Shown: piece by piece, positions 1 to 8,880 of the stretch | How the letters are laid out: each line of letters opens with the position of its first letter | Numbering within the stretch: the first letter of the stretch is position 1 | Assembly: GCF_000143415.4 (NCBI RefSeq) | Contig: NW_003314549.1 | Span: forward strand, 1 to 13,654 | From: Selaginella moellendorffii | Taxonomy: Eukaryota > Plantae > Lycopodiophyta | DNA: 13,654 bases | Direction: 5' to 3' | Notes under the pieces: model-generated | Told to the model about the DNA's origin: nothing | Databases searched by the model: none | The model's input: only the letters and a program-made list of their open reading frames with translations | Made by a program: the position numbers and the translations under genes

Positions 1-58
1 GCAGAATATTTTAAGGAATATTCACATAGTGGATCTAGAGAACTAAGGTTCGATAGAC

Positions 59-418
59 CCTAAGAGAAGGACCATGGTGACCAGAGGGTGGCCTAAATAT
101 GATCACGGATGATCATTCCCTGGTGAAGGGAGGATTGTTAGGCACTAAATTAGGATAATATGATAAAGAAAGGGCCCTGTAATCAAGTGATCACCCCTTT
201 AGTCAATTGGCTTAGGGTGTAAGGGATAGGATTCTAATCCTAAAAGAAGGACCATGGTGACTAGAGGGTGGCCTAAATTTGATTGTGGATGATCATTCCC
301 TAGCGAAGGGAGGATTGTTAGGCATTAGATCAGGATAATAGAATAAAGAAAGGGCTTTGCAATCAAGTGATCACCCCTTTAGCTAGTTGGCTTAGGGTGT
401 AAGGGATAGGATCCTAAC
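59..418. repeat. Direct tandem duplication, 2 x 180 bp
   Basis: 59-238 and 239-418 align without indels, with about 21 mismatches by hand count (about 88% identity), mostly transitions. Confidence 0.97.
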
Positions 419-419
419 A
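316..419 (+). mobile_element. 104-bp mini-LTR (second copy at 136-238 with a damaged 3' end), preceded by a PPT-like tract
   Basis: Starts TGTTAGG (316-322) and ends CCTAACA (413-419), a perfect 7-bp inverted pair. Purine tract GAAGGGAGGA (305-314 and 125-134) lies 1 nt upstream. The copy at 136 starts TGTTAGGCAC, the same as the LTR start at 3404 on the minus strand. Confidence 0.65.
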
Positions 420-421
420 AT

Positions 422-1098
422 CAAAGTGAATAACTAGAACATCTAACACTCTCACAAGTTCCTCTAAATGCTCCACATGACAAAAATGCTCTAGAAATTT
501 CTCCATCTTCTCCTCATCAAGCATTTGTTTGACCTTCACCATTTCACAAGTAAATTCCCCACCTCACAGCCAATGCTGGAGGCATTCACTTGCCGTGCCC
601 TCCTCAAAAGGTGACAGCATCAAGTCATTGTAGCTTGAGCATTTGAGTTTTGCAACCTCCACAAAACTCTCAACCTCTAACTGGGTTCCATCCTCACTTC
701 CAACTGAATCACTTCTTCTTGCACCATCCCCTGTGCTGGAAGTTGTATCACTGCTATTGTCCAAAGTATCAACTGGCTCAAAAGCCACTAGCACTCTTTT
801 ACCAGCTTGATCATTTTTTGTGCACCTTTTGAAATGGAAAATTTATATTGTACAGCCTTCCCATTTCTAACTACATATAAACGCCAATGTTACTCATACA
901 AGCTAGATCCACAGCTCAATTATCTAAAAACCAGATTATATGCCAGGGGAGTGGCTAGTTGAGTGAAGTTACAATCTTTTGAAAGAAAAGATTAAAAGTC
1001 TAGAGAGAGTAAGTTTCAAGTTAAACACTTCTTCCATTTTGCTATTGATACTGTTATACCACCAATGTCAACAATAAATCTAACTTGATTGTCAACCC
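422..1098 (-). pseudogene. Possible heavily eroded gypsy pol remnant
   Basis: RVDNQVRFIVDIGGITVSIA (about 1040-1098) resembles the retroviral aspartic protease VRFLVD[ST]G motif. ORF 564-794 reads through one stop to EHLEELVRVLDVL, weakly like the RT helix after YxDD. Similarity is motif-level only. Confidence 0.3.
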
Positions 1099-1329
1099 TT
1101 TACCCCTAGATCTCAACAGCCCCCAAAACATAGTATTGCTGAAGAATTAGAACTTGAGCACACAAATACAAGACCCTAAACCTTAACTCCCAATCATTCC
1201 AAAGCAACACATATTGTTCTTAGCATTGACTCTTTGAATTATCTAGTTCATATGAAAAACTAGCTCATGAGTAAGAAGCTTCTTAACTTCTGGCACTAGA
1301 TTTACTTGTAAAGCATCTTGGAGCACAGA

Positions 1330-1507
1330 GATTCTTAGAATATCCTTAGGGAATATTCTAAATATGAGAGAGGATATTCTATGCAGGACCTTTGTTCCCC
1401 ACAAGTTTAGGCCAGAGCAAGGATGTATTGAGTTTCTTTGCTATAGAAGAGCTTTTTGTTGTGTTTGAGCATGTTTGAGAGTGAGATGGTGTGTAGAACA
1501 CACACTA
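1330..1507 (+). mobile_element. Remnant of the 5' LTR of a plus-strand gypsy element (left boundary uncertain)
   Basis: Lies 3 nt upstream of a PBS. Ends ACACACTA (probably decayed ACACACCA, complementary to TGGTGTGT at 1487-1494). Shares ordered motifs (GAATATTC, CACAAG, GAAGAGC, CATGTTTGAG) with 7440-7560. Confidence 0.5.
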
Positions 1508-1510
1508 GAA

Positions 1511-1530
1511 TGGCGACCATAGTGGGATTC
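1511..1530 (+). promoter_or_regulatory. Primer binding site, tRNA-Arg type
   Basis: TGGCGACCATAGTGGGATTC matches, with one C>T, the complement of the plant tRNA-Arg(TCG) 3' end as I recall it (TGGCGACCACAGTGGGA). Arg priming is known in Tat/Ogre elements. Confidence 0.75.
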
Positions 1531-2005
1531 CCAGCAGTCCATTCCATTTTCGTGTTTTCTTTGTTGTTCTTGAGAGTTGTAGGCGTAATAGTAGGCAAAC
1601 TTGTACCTGTGGGAGAAACCCTAAAGTAGGATCAAACATAGGTAGATCCATAGCACATTGGAGAAAATGGATTGTTGACTGCTCCATGTTGAGATCAAAA
1701 TGCCCACTCTCGGAATCTGTGATTGAGGAAGAAAACTTGCTATCTGAGATGCACTTTTGAAAATCTAGCTCATGCCACAACCAAGAGAATCGCCTTTGAG
1801 GCTTGAAATAAGGGAATAGTCTATATCATATACTTTAAAGAGTTACTCTTTGTTCGCATAGATATGAACTGCAAATGCCCAATAGTGGCAAATGCCAAAT
1901 CATGCGACAAACCAAAAAAATGTTTGGCTATGACATACTTCTGTCTCAACCAACACATCTAGAATATATCCCAAGCTCCAGTAACCAACCACCAGTGTGA
2001 AAAAA

Positions 2006-2049
2006 GCCCAACTCTTAAAATAAACAAGCCACACTCCTAAAATAAGCAA
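2006..2049. repeat. 22-bp tandem repeat x2
   Basis: GCCCAACTCTTAAAATAAACAA followed by GCCACACTCCTAAAATAAGCAA. Confidence 0.8.
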
Positions 2050-2131
2050 GAGCAAGTGTGAAAACTAGTTAGAAGCAACGAAAATAGGTGAGACAGAACT
2101 CATTAGAAAGCTTCTGACCTACCAACTCTTT

Positions 2132-2378
2132 GACAAAATAAATTTTTAAAAATCCAAGTAGAAAAGAGGCCAAAGTCTACATATACAATGCAAGAAGAGA
2201 ACTGACATTACATCTCTTGATATACATCACCAAAATTCATAAGACCAGACTCTTTTGAAAGATATTTGCATACTCTAGCTTCTGGACAAAACAAATCTTG
2301 AAAAATACAAGTAGAAAAAATGCAAGAAAGCTCCAAAGTCCACATATACAGCACAAGATGAGAAATGACACTACATCT
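2132..2378. repeat. Degenerate direct duplication of about 85-95 bp in the internal leader
   Basis: 2132-2215 and 2285-2378 share GACAAAA.AAAT.TT.AAAAT.CAAGTAGAAAA...CCAAAGTC.ACATATACA...CAAGA.GAGAA.TGACA.TACATCT. Confidence 0.85.
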
Positions 2379-2885
2379 AAACATGTCTTCTAGAAATTGC
2401 GAGACAAAGAGAAAGACTTGCTCAAACCCTCAACAGTTGAAAAAAAATAAGAATTTGTGAGAGAATGAACCAAATCAAGCAAGAAAGAGCTCGTTGGAAA
2501 GCATAGGAGTAAATGTACCAAGCACAGGAAAGATCCACAGAAATGGTGGCTTCTAGAGAACATATAACACCACTAAACATAGTCTTGTCGGTGTGTGACT
2601 CAAATCTCCTTGCATGTCATGATTTTTATGCCAAGACTGCAGATTTGTGATGCTAGAGGATAGAAAATTATGAGATCTACAAGCCCATGTACTCAATTTG
2701 ACAAAAAAACAAGAAGCTAGAATGTGAGGATGAGATTTTTCAATTATGAGTCCCAAAACCCAAAGAAAGCTAAGAAAAACCAAGCAATTCATAAGAATGG
2801 CAGTGAATCTTGTGCTTAGAAGAACCAATCTGATTCCCAGGGCACCCCTAGACACAGATTCTACAACCAAGAGCAAGAATCATGC

Positions 2886-3162
2886 TTGAATTCCTCATCC
2901 AATCACATCTTGACCAATGTTGCACATTGTTTGGAGTTTGCAAGATCATTGGTAGGGAAAGCACAAACTTGGGTAAGAGCTTTGGCAGAGGATAAGTGTG
3001 AGGAATTTCCCACATTGCTCGCTTCTTTTTGTAGGGCTTTTGAGATTGAGAAGAGCCCACAAAAGTTGCTTCACGAGCGTTTTCTCTTTCGACAAGGTGG
3101 CAATGAATCTGTGCTTGATTATACAACACAATTCAAGCAGTACTAGAAGATTTGTCAAGTGA
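2886..3162 (+). pseudogene. gag: Retrotransposon gag (capsid) fragment, truncated at the LTR at 3163
   Basis: LVGKAQTW...TLLASF...FLFRQGGNESVLDYTTQF is a Retrotrans_gag-type signature. It is colinear with the gag at about 9060-9260. Stop at 3144-3146 falls where that paralogue has Trp. Confidence 0.85.
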
Positions 3163-3404
3163 TGTTAGGGTGTGGCCATCGAGAGAGTGTTATGATCCAG
3201 CGCAAAAAGACAGAGATCTAGTCGCCCTAGACTATGCTACGCTACCTCTTGAGGTTCCTCACCACCCAACCACCCCCGAACTTGTGCCGCCGCTCCATTA
3301 TGAGCCCTAGGGTAGGTTAAGTCCCCTACCCTAACATGCCTTAATATACCCTTGAGCCTCCCTTTGACCGAAGTTGACCACGTAGTCAAAGCTGGTGCCT
3401 AACA
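3163..3404 (-). mobile_element. 3' LTR, 242 bp
   Basis: Minus strand starts TGTTAGGCACC at 3404 and ends CCCTAACA at 3163. It follows the PPT directly and has TATA-like TATATTAA at 3348-3341. Confidence 0.92.
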
Positions 3405-3405
3405 A

Positions 3406-3418
3406 TTCTTCCCCCCCC
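3406..3418 (-). promoter_or_regulatory. Polypurine tract
   Basis: GGGGGGGGAAGAA on the minus strand, 1 nt before the LTR TG. Confidence 0.92.
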
Positions 3419-3479
3419 AACAAAGTCCTTGTCCCAAGGACGAGTTGTATCAGTGATCACCCTTTCTGGGGAACCTTGC

Positions 3480-4680
3480 TCAAGCTCCTGGTCCATCTTC
3501 CACAGCTGTATATATCAAGGAGGCATTGGGCCCGTCACTCCGAGATAGTACACCTTTCAACTGGCTGACATAAAATACCGGATGAATTTTCACCCCAACT
3601 GGCAGCCGCACTCTATAAGCCGCTTTACCAATGCGCTCCAGCACTTCATATGGACCAGCATATCGATAGGAAAGTTTATCACTCTTTCCTGTCCGTAAAG
3701 GCACCAAGGTGTTCCGCTGCTCACTTGACGAAAAGATCACTCGCACAAAGACGAGATCACCCACCTTATATTCCCGGAATTGGCGATGCTCATTGGCAAA
3801 CTTCTCCGCTCTATCCTGAGCTGTTTGCAAATTCTGTTTGCACACCACCAGAATCTCATTAAGTTCTGTGGCCAAATCAGTTGCCTTGGAATCAAGCTTA
3901 TCTTGAATGTCCTTACTCAAATGCAATCCCAACTCCACTGTTGTTCGAAGATGCCTTCCAAACATGGCAAAGTAAGGACTTAGCTTGGTTCCACTGTGTT
4001 GGCTATTGTTGTAAGCAAGTTGCATCAACAGAAGATATAGATCCCACTATCCTTGCCTTTGACCAATGCTACAACATAGCATATCCTCCACCACCTGATT
4101 CACCCGCTTGGTTTGCCCATCCATCTGAGGATGATCTCCACTCGCGAGTTTCAAAGTCACTTGCATAGCCTTTGCAAAGCTTTTCCAAAATCCACTGGTG
4201 AACTTTGAATCTTGATCACTAATGATATCCTCCGGCAAACCAAAATCAAGAAAAACCTTCTCCAAGTAAACCGCAGCCAAGTCTGAGGCAGTGACAGTCT
4301 TCCGAAGAGCCAACAACCGCACATACTTCGTCAACCGATCCACTATGACCCATACTTGCTCCTTTTGCCTCTGTGTTCGTGGCAAACAAGTGATGAAGTC
4401 CATAGAGATACTACATCAACGGCTTTGAGGAATAGGTAAAGGTTGCAAACGTCCCCCCGGCTTCTCCCGTGGCACCTTAACCCGCTGACAAAGCTCACAT
4501 GATTTACAATACTTGAGGATATCAGCCTTCATATTCCTCCAATAAAAGTTGCACTTAATCAACTCATACGTCTTTTTCCCCCGAAAATGACCGGCCTCTA
4601 GACGATCATGATAGTGGAAAAAACCTTGAGTAATTAACACATCCACCTGTGGCAAATATACACGGCCATTGTAGTAGAGA
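3480..4680 (-). pseudogene. pol: Integrase (HHCC, DDE core, GPY/F region), inactivated
   Basis: HDRLEAGH...CELC; MDFIT; SDQD; DGQTKRVN (catalytic E>K at 4107-4109); YAGPYEV; HPVFYVSQLK. In-frame stops at 4416-4418 and 4047-4049. Confidence 0.95.
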
Positions 4681-4844
4681 ATCCCATCCACCAATGAGAA
4701 AGGAGCTTCCATCTGGTCTCGCAAAAAGGCCACCTTAGCATCTTGAGCTTGAGCATGCTCAACCAACTGCCCAAACTCGCTGACCACCTTACTCAAATGA
4801 TGACAAAATCGTGTTTGTAATGTCGTCACATGATGAACACAAGA

Positions 4845-5393
4845 TAATGCATCTGCCACCACATTCGATTTTCTTGGACGATGCTCAATAGGAAACTCCC
4901 CAAACTCCATGAGTTTGACCATCCAACGAGCTTGCCTAGCGTTCAACTCCTTCTGTGTGAAAAGATACACAAGTGGTTTGTGATTTGTCAACACCACGAA
5001 CACTGCACCATAAAGATAGTGCCGCCACGTCCACAAAGCATGAACAATAGAGAGTAACTCTTGCTCATATGTGGAATAGCATTGCTCCGTGGAATTTAAA
5101 GTTCGACTCTTATATGCAATAGGCTGTCCCTCTTGCATGAGAACGCCTCCCAGTGCATAACCACTCACATCGCATGTCACCTCGTAAGGTTTCGATGGAT
5201 CAGCAATGTGAACCACTGGAGTCTCGCTCAACAATCGTTTCAGAACCACAAAACTCTCCTCTTGTGGCTTCTTCCACTCGAATGGCACATTCTTGCATAA
5301 CAACCGCGTCAAAGGAATAGCCACCTTCGCAAACTTATGCTGGAAACGTCGATAGTAACTAGCCATACCAAGAAAACTGTGCAACTCGGCCAC
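4845..5393 (-). pseudogene. pol: RT thumb/connection and RNase H
   Basis: SFLGMASYYRRF; VTCDVSGYALGGVL; YSTYEQELL; TNHKPL (D>N at 4983-4985); NVVADALS. Confidence 0.95.
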
Positions 5394-5408
5394 CGTAATT
5401 AGTGTAGG

Positions 5409-6100
5409 CTAGTTTTCCACCACAGCCGCCTTCCTTGGATCCGTCTTGACACCCTTAGATGTCACAATATGGTTGAGATATTCCACCTCCGACTTTGCAA
5501 ATTCACATTTGCTCTTCTTCGCATAAAGTTTGTTGTCTCGAAGTAACAAAAGAACCTTGCGCAAATGCACCCTATGCTCCTCCATATTCTTGCTAAAAAC
5601 AAGAATATCGTCCAAGAAAATCTTCACAAACTCATGAAGATAACACCCAAATACCTCTGTCATCAACCGAGTAAATGTGGCAGGTGCATTTCTCAAACCA
5701 AACGGCATAACTGTAAACTCAAAATGTCCGAAGCTTGTGTTGAATGCCGTCTTTGAGATAGATGCATCATCCATTGCAATTTGATGATATCCACTCCTTA
5801 GATCAATCTTGGTAAACACTCGTGCTTTACCAAGCTTGTCCAGGATATCATCCACACGTGGCATTGGCATCTTATCCTTCACTGTCTTCTTGTTTAAAGC
5901 ACGGTAGTCAATATACATCCGCATTGAACCATCCTTCTTCTTCACAAGCAAGACTGGAGCACCAAACGGAGACTTACTTGGCTGAATAAATCCAAACTCA
6001 AGTAACTCCTTGACTTGTTGTTAAACTTCTTGCTCCTCTGCATAACTTAACCGAAATGGACGCCGGTAAATTGGCCGTGACCCCGGCTCCAATGTAATCC
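5409..6100 (-). pseudogene. pol: Reverse transcriptase
   Basis: SPFGAPVLLVKKKDGSMRMYIDYRALNK; KIDLRSGYHQI; VMPFGLRNAPATF; FLDD at 5607-5618. In-frame stops at 6021-6023 and 5409-5411. Confidence 0.97.
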
Positions 6101-6359
6101 CATGCTCCACACCTCGTAACGGAGGCAATCCATGAGGAAGTTCAGATGGAAAAACATCAGAAAACTCGTCCAGTACATCCCATACTGCTGCTTCTCCCCC
6201 ACACGTGCCTTGGTCCCCCAAGTCACAAACAAACAGCAAGTAACTCGAAAGTGCTTTTCCATTACGACAAGCCCGCTTCAAAGATGTAGCAGAGAGTATA
6301 ACAACTGGTGGTTGAACGCCCTCGCCAAACCACACATCTTTAACGCCACCATACTCTAG

Positions 6360-6745
6360 CGAGATATGCTTAATACTCCACTTTATCTCTGGATCCACCT
6401 TCACCAACCATGGCATCCCGAGAATGAGATCCACACGATGGATATCTGCGAGATAAAAAGTCTCCACAAGTGTGGTTTTGCCAACCAACACTTCCAGCCC
6501 CTCGACACAAGCATCGAAATGCTGAGTAGAGGTAGTTGCACCTTCCATTGTGTATGGAAGAACTCCACGTGTGACCAGGCCATGCTCNNNNNNNNNNNNN
6601 NNNNNNNNNNNNNNNNNNNNNNNNNNNNNNNNNNNNNNNNNNNNNNNNNNNNNNNNNNNNNNNNNNNNNNNNNNNNNNNNNNNNNNNCAGTAAAATCCGC
6701 ATTGGATCGCCACGGAACACGCCCTCTAGCTTTAAAGCTGATTCA
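6360..6745 (-). pseudogene. pol: Aspartic protease; catalytic D[ST]G falls in the N gap
   Basis: LKLEGVFRGDPMRILL before the gap and DLILGMPWL after it. Confidence 0.88.
6588..6687. other. Assembly gap, exactly 100 N
   Basis: Counted directly. 100 N is a conventional placeholder for a gap of unknown size. Confidence 0.99.
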
Positions 6746-6859
6746 CGCGTATCCTCGAGCTCCATCTTGTTCCACACACAGTTGAGCTTACGAGCAATGA
6801 TCGAAATTCGCTTCCTCCGACCGGAATGGTCGTTCTCCTCATCCTCACGCTGCAAAGTT

Positions 6860-7390
6860 TGCAACTTTTTACTATCTGACTTACCGTGAGAAGAAGATTG
6901 GCCATTCTTCTTGTCCTGCTGCTTGTTCTTCAACTGCGGACAATCAGCCTTGTAATGTCCAAGTTCGCCGCAATGATGACAACCCTGTCTATAATTCTTC
7001 ACAAAGAACTTCTATATGAACATTCTCCACGTCGTAATGATGGGCAAAACGCAAATGGAAAGCAGCCTCAAACTCATCCATGGTAGACAATGGTGGTTTA
7101 TCCGCAACACGGGACTCCTCAAGCCAATTCCACCATCGAAGACCCACATCACGCAAAACCATCGGAATAGCCACTAAAGCCTCTGCATCTGGAGTTCCTC
7201 TAGCAGCCAAGAACTTCTTCACCATGGCTAGCCAAGCGAGACACTCATCCACACCACCATCACCGGAAAAAGTTGGAATCTTGAGTCGATCTACCAAAGA
7301 AGGCTTACTTGGAGTGCTACCCTGTCTAGCCTCAAGTGCCTTAACATGCCCACGCATGGTATCCATCATGCCATGCATCTCATCTTGCAT
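6860..7390 (-). pseudogene. gag: gag, internally deleted and frameshifted, with CCHC zinc knuckle
   Basis: LKIPTFSGDG...WL...LRDVGLRWW...FHLRF, then a frame change near 7000 to CHHCGELGHYKADC (6940-6981). Confidence 0.9.
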
Positions 7391-7409
7391 CCCTTGCTGA
7401 TTTTGATTT

Positions 7410-7421
7410 TGGTGCCTAACA
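7410..7421 (-). mobile_element. 12-bp remnant of the 5' LTR
   Basis: TGGTGCCTAACA is identical to 3393-3404 and sits exactly where the gag region ends. Confidence 0.8.
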
Positions 7422-8356
7422 AAGAGTGAGAGAGAGAGAAAGAATATTCTGGTCCTTAGAATATTCCCCATCTTCCTTGTATAAAACCCTTGCCTCACAA
7501 GGGTAGGGGGAGGCATTTGCGAAGAGCATTGAAACATTTCTCATGTTTGAGTGAGTGTTGGGGGAGGCGCCCCCTCCTTCCCCCAACAAATAGTGAACCC
7601 GGCGTGATGCGCAGCACTTTCTGAGGTGTCATTTCTCTCTTTTTCATTTGGCCGAACAATTTGGGAACTAATTTCTCGTTCGTCTTGCGATGGTTTTGTT
7701 GTATCTTAGGCTTGTTGGATAGGTATGGAGCTCCTCTTTCCATCAAGGTATGGCGCTCATCAAGCCGTGCAGTATTTGAAGAGATACAACGTTTCTTGGC
7801 TCGGTCGGATGAACATTTTGGGGTTTTCACTTTCTTGCCTGGATCCTCGGCCCAATTTCTCAAGGTAGTGCATTTGGGCTTGTAGATCTGGCCTAGATCT
7901 ACAAGTAGTGGTGACTCTTGGCGCTAGATTTGGGAAAATTGACGGCATGCAAAACAATTTTCTTCTCCAGCTAGACTAGGTCATCTTTGTAGTAGGAATT
8001 CGTGCTTCTTCAGACTTTGTTTTGGATGCCATTTGTTTCCATAGGTGCTCTTGGTCTTGAGCTTTCCAAAAATACCAACGGCACCTTAGTATCAATCTAC
8101 ATCAGTGGCATGCACATGTCTTTCCACAATATTGGCGTTTTGGGCTACCTCTTCTTGGATTTTGGGGAATATTGAGGTGGCTTCCTCCTAAATTCCTGCG
8201 ATAGAGGATAGATGGGGTTGAGCTCTTTCCAACGAGCCCACCAACAATGAAAATGGGGAAGGATCAAGACCAGAGGACTCATTTTTCTCTTTTGGGATAA
8301 ACTTTGTTGGGGGGTTCCTTGGGAACGAAGCAATCTTCAAGGAATAGGTTGGCATA

Positions 8357-8434
8357 GGAACAAGAATAGGAACAGGAGTTGGAGTAAGAGTAGGTGCAGG
8401 GATAGGAGTAGACGTAGGAGTAGGAGTGAGAGTG
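8357..8434. repeat. Degenerate hexamer repeat (GGAGTA/GGAATA)
   Basis: ggaaca agaata ggaaca ggagtt ggagta agagta ggtgca gggata ggagta gacgta ggagta ggagtg agagtg. Confidence 0.85.
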
Positions 8435-8443
8435 GGGGTTATT

Positions 8444-8528
8444 GGTTACATGTTATAGGTCCCCGGTTACTAGTTTACTGGTCCCCAGTTACTCCAGTGG
8501 CTATTCCAGTGGCTACTCCAGCAGTTAC
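8444..8528. repeat. Short tandem repeats (21-22 bp x2 and 12 bp x3)
   Basis: GGTTAC...GGTCCCC units at 8444-8464 and 8465-8486. TAYTCCAGYRGY units at 8490-8525. Confidence 0.8.
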
Positions 8529-8880
8529 CCTACGGGTCAACGGTTACGTGTGCTTGAGGCTTACATCTCCTTCCATTTCGATTTTTATTTCTTTTTGTCA
8601 CAAGCATTTTGGGCAACTTTGAGCAACTTGAGCACTAGTCTATAGTCTTCTTGCTCTTGTCAACCCAGTTGCCTTGACCAGGCATTTGCAGTGTTCAGGG
8701 TGTTTGATGCCAATACAAATCAGGCGTGAGACAAATTGGCACCCTCTCACCATACCTCAAGGCCCTAAGGTACGGAGTAAACTTTCTAACATCTAAAGGT
8801 AGCTTAGGTATGACACAACACCTTCTTAGGCCGAGTCCTTTTCATCCTCGGCAGATTCTAGTGACTTAGATCTATGAGCT

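Larger units (their letters stand above)
3163..7421 (-). mobile_element. Ty3/gypsy chromovirus-type (Reina-like) LTR retrotransposon, defective
   Basis: Domain order gag-CCHC-AP-RT-RH-IN, then PPT and a short LTR. The tail WDKDFVGGGRIVR overlapping the PPT is Reina-like. Both outer termini are TGTTAGG/CCTAACA. The gypsy call is firm and the Reina sub-call is less so. Confidence 0.93.
7422..8733 (+). mobile_element. Probable long 5' LTR/leader of the second plus-strand element (boundaries uncertain)
   Basis: Non-coding. Has GAATATTC motifs, TATAAAA at 7480-7486 and motif similarity to 1330-1507. Candidate end ...GAGACA at 8733 is followed by AAT and TGGCACCC (weak PBS), then gag. Confidence 0.45.

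Noticed and set aside
59-418. CRISPR array, 180-bp centromeric satellite, or Cassandra 5S-bearing LTR
   Set aside because: Only two units, no spacers or cas genes, and no convincing 5S rRNA similarity.
3650-7400. Plus-strand ORFs opposite the chromovirus gag-pol
   Set aside because: Antisense shadow ORFs with no recognisable domains.
7919-7928. TGGCGCTAGA as a tRNA-Asn-like PBS
   Set aside because: Only a 10-nt match from memory and no LTR-terminal CA just upstream.
7495-8333. Short ORFs on both strands as host or accessory genes
   Set aside because: Overlapping, short, motif-free and within probable LTR sequence.
8444-8468. GGTTACA|TGTTATAGG as an LTR-LTR junction or a decayed Met PBS
   Set aside because: It lies inside a local 21-22 bp tandem repeat, matches TGGTATCAGAGCCAGGTT at only 12 of 18 positions, and has no spacer after CA.
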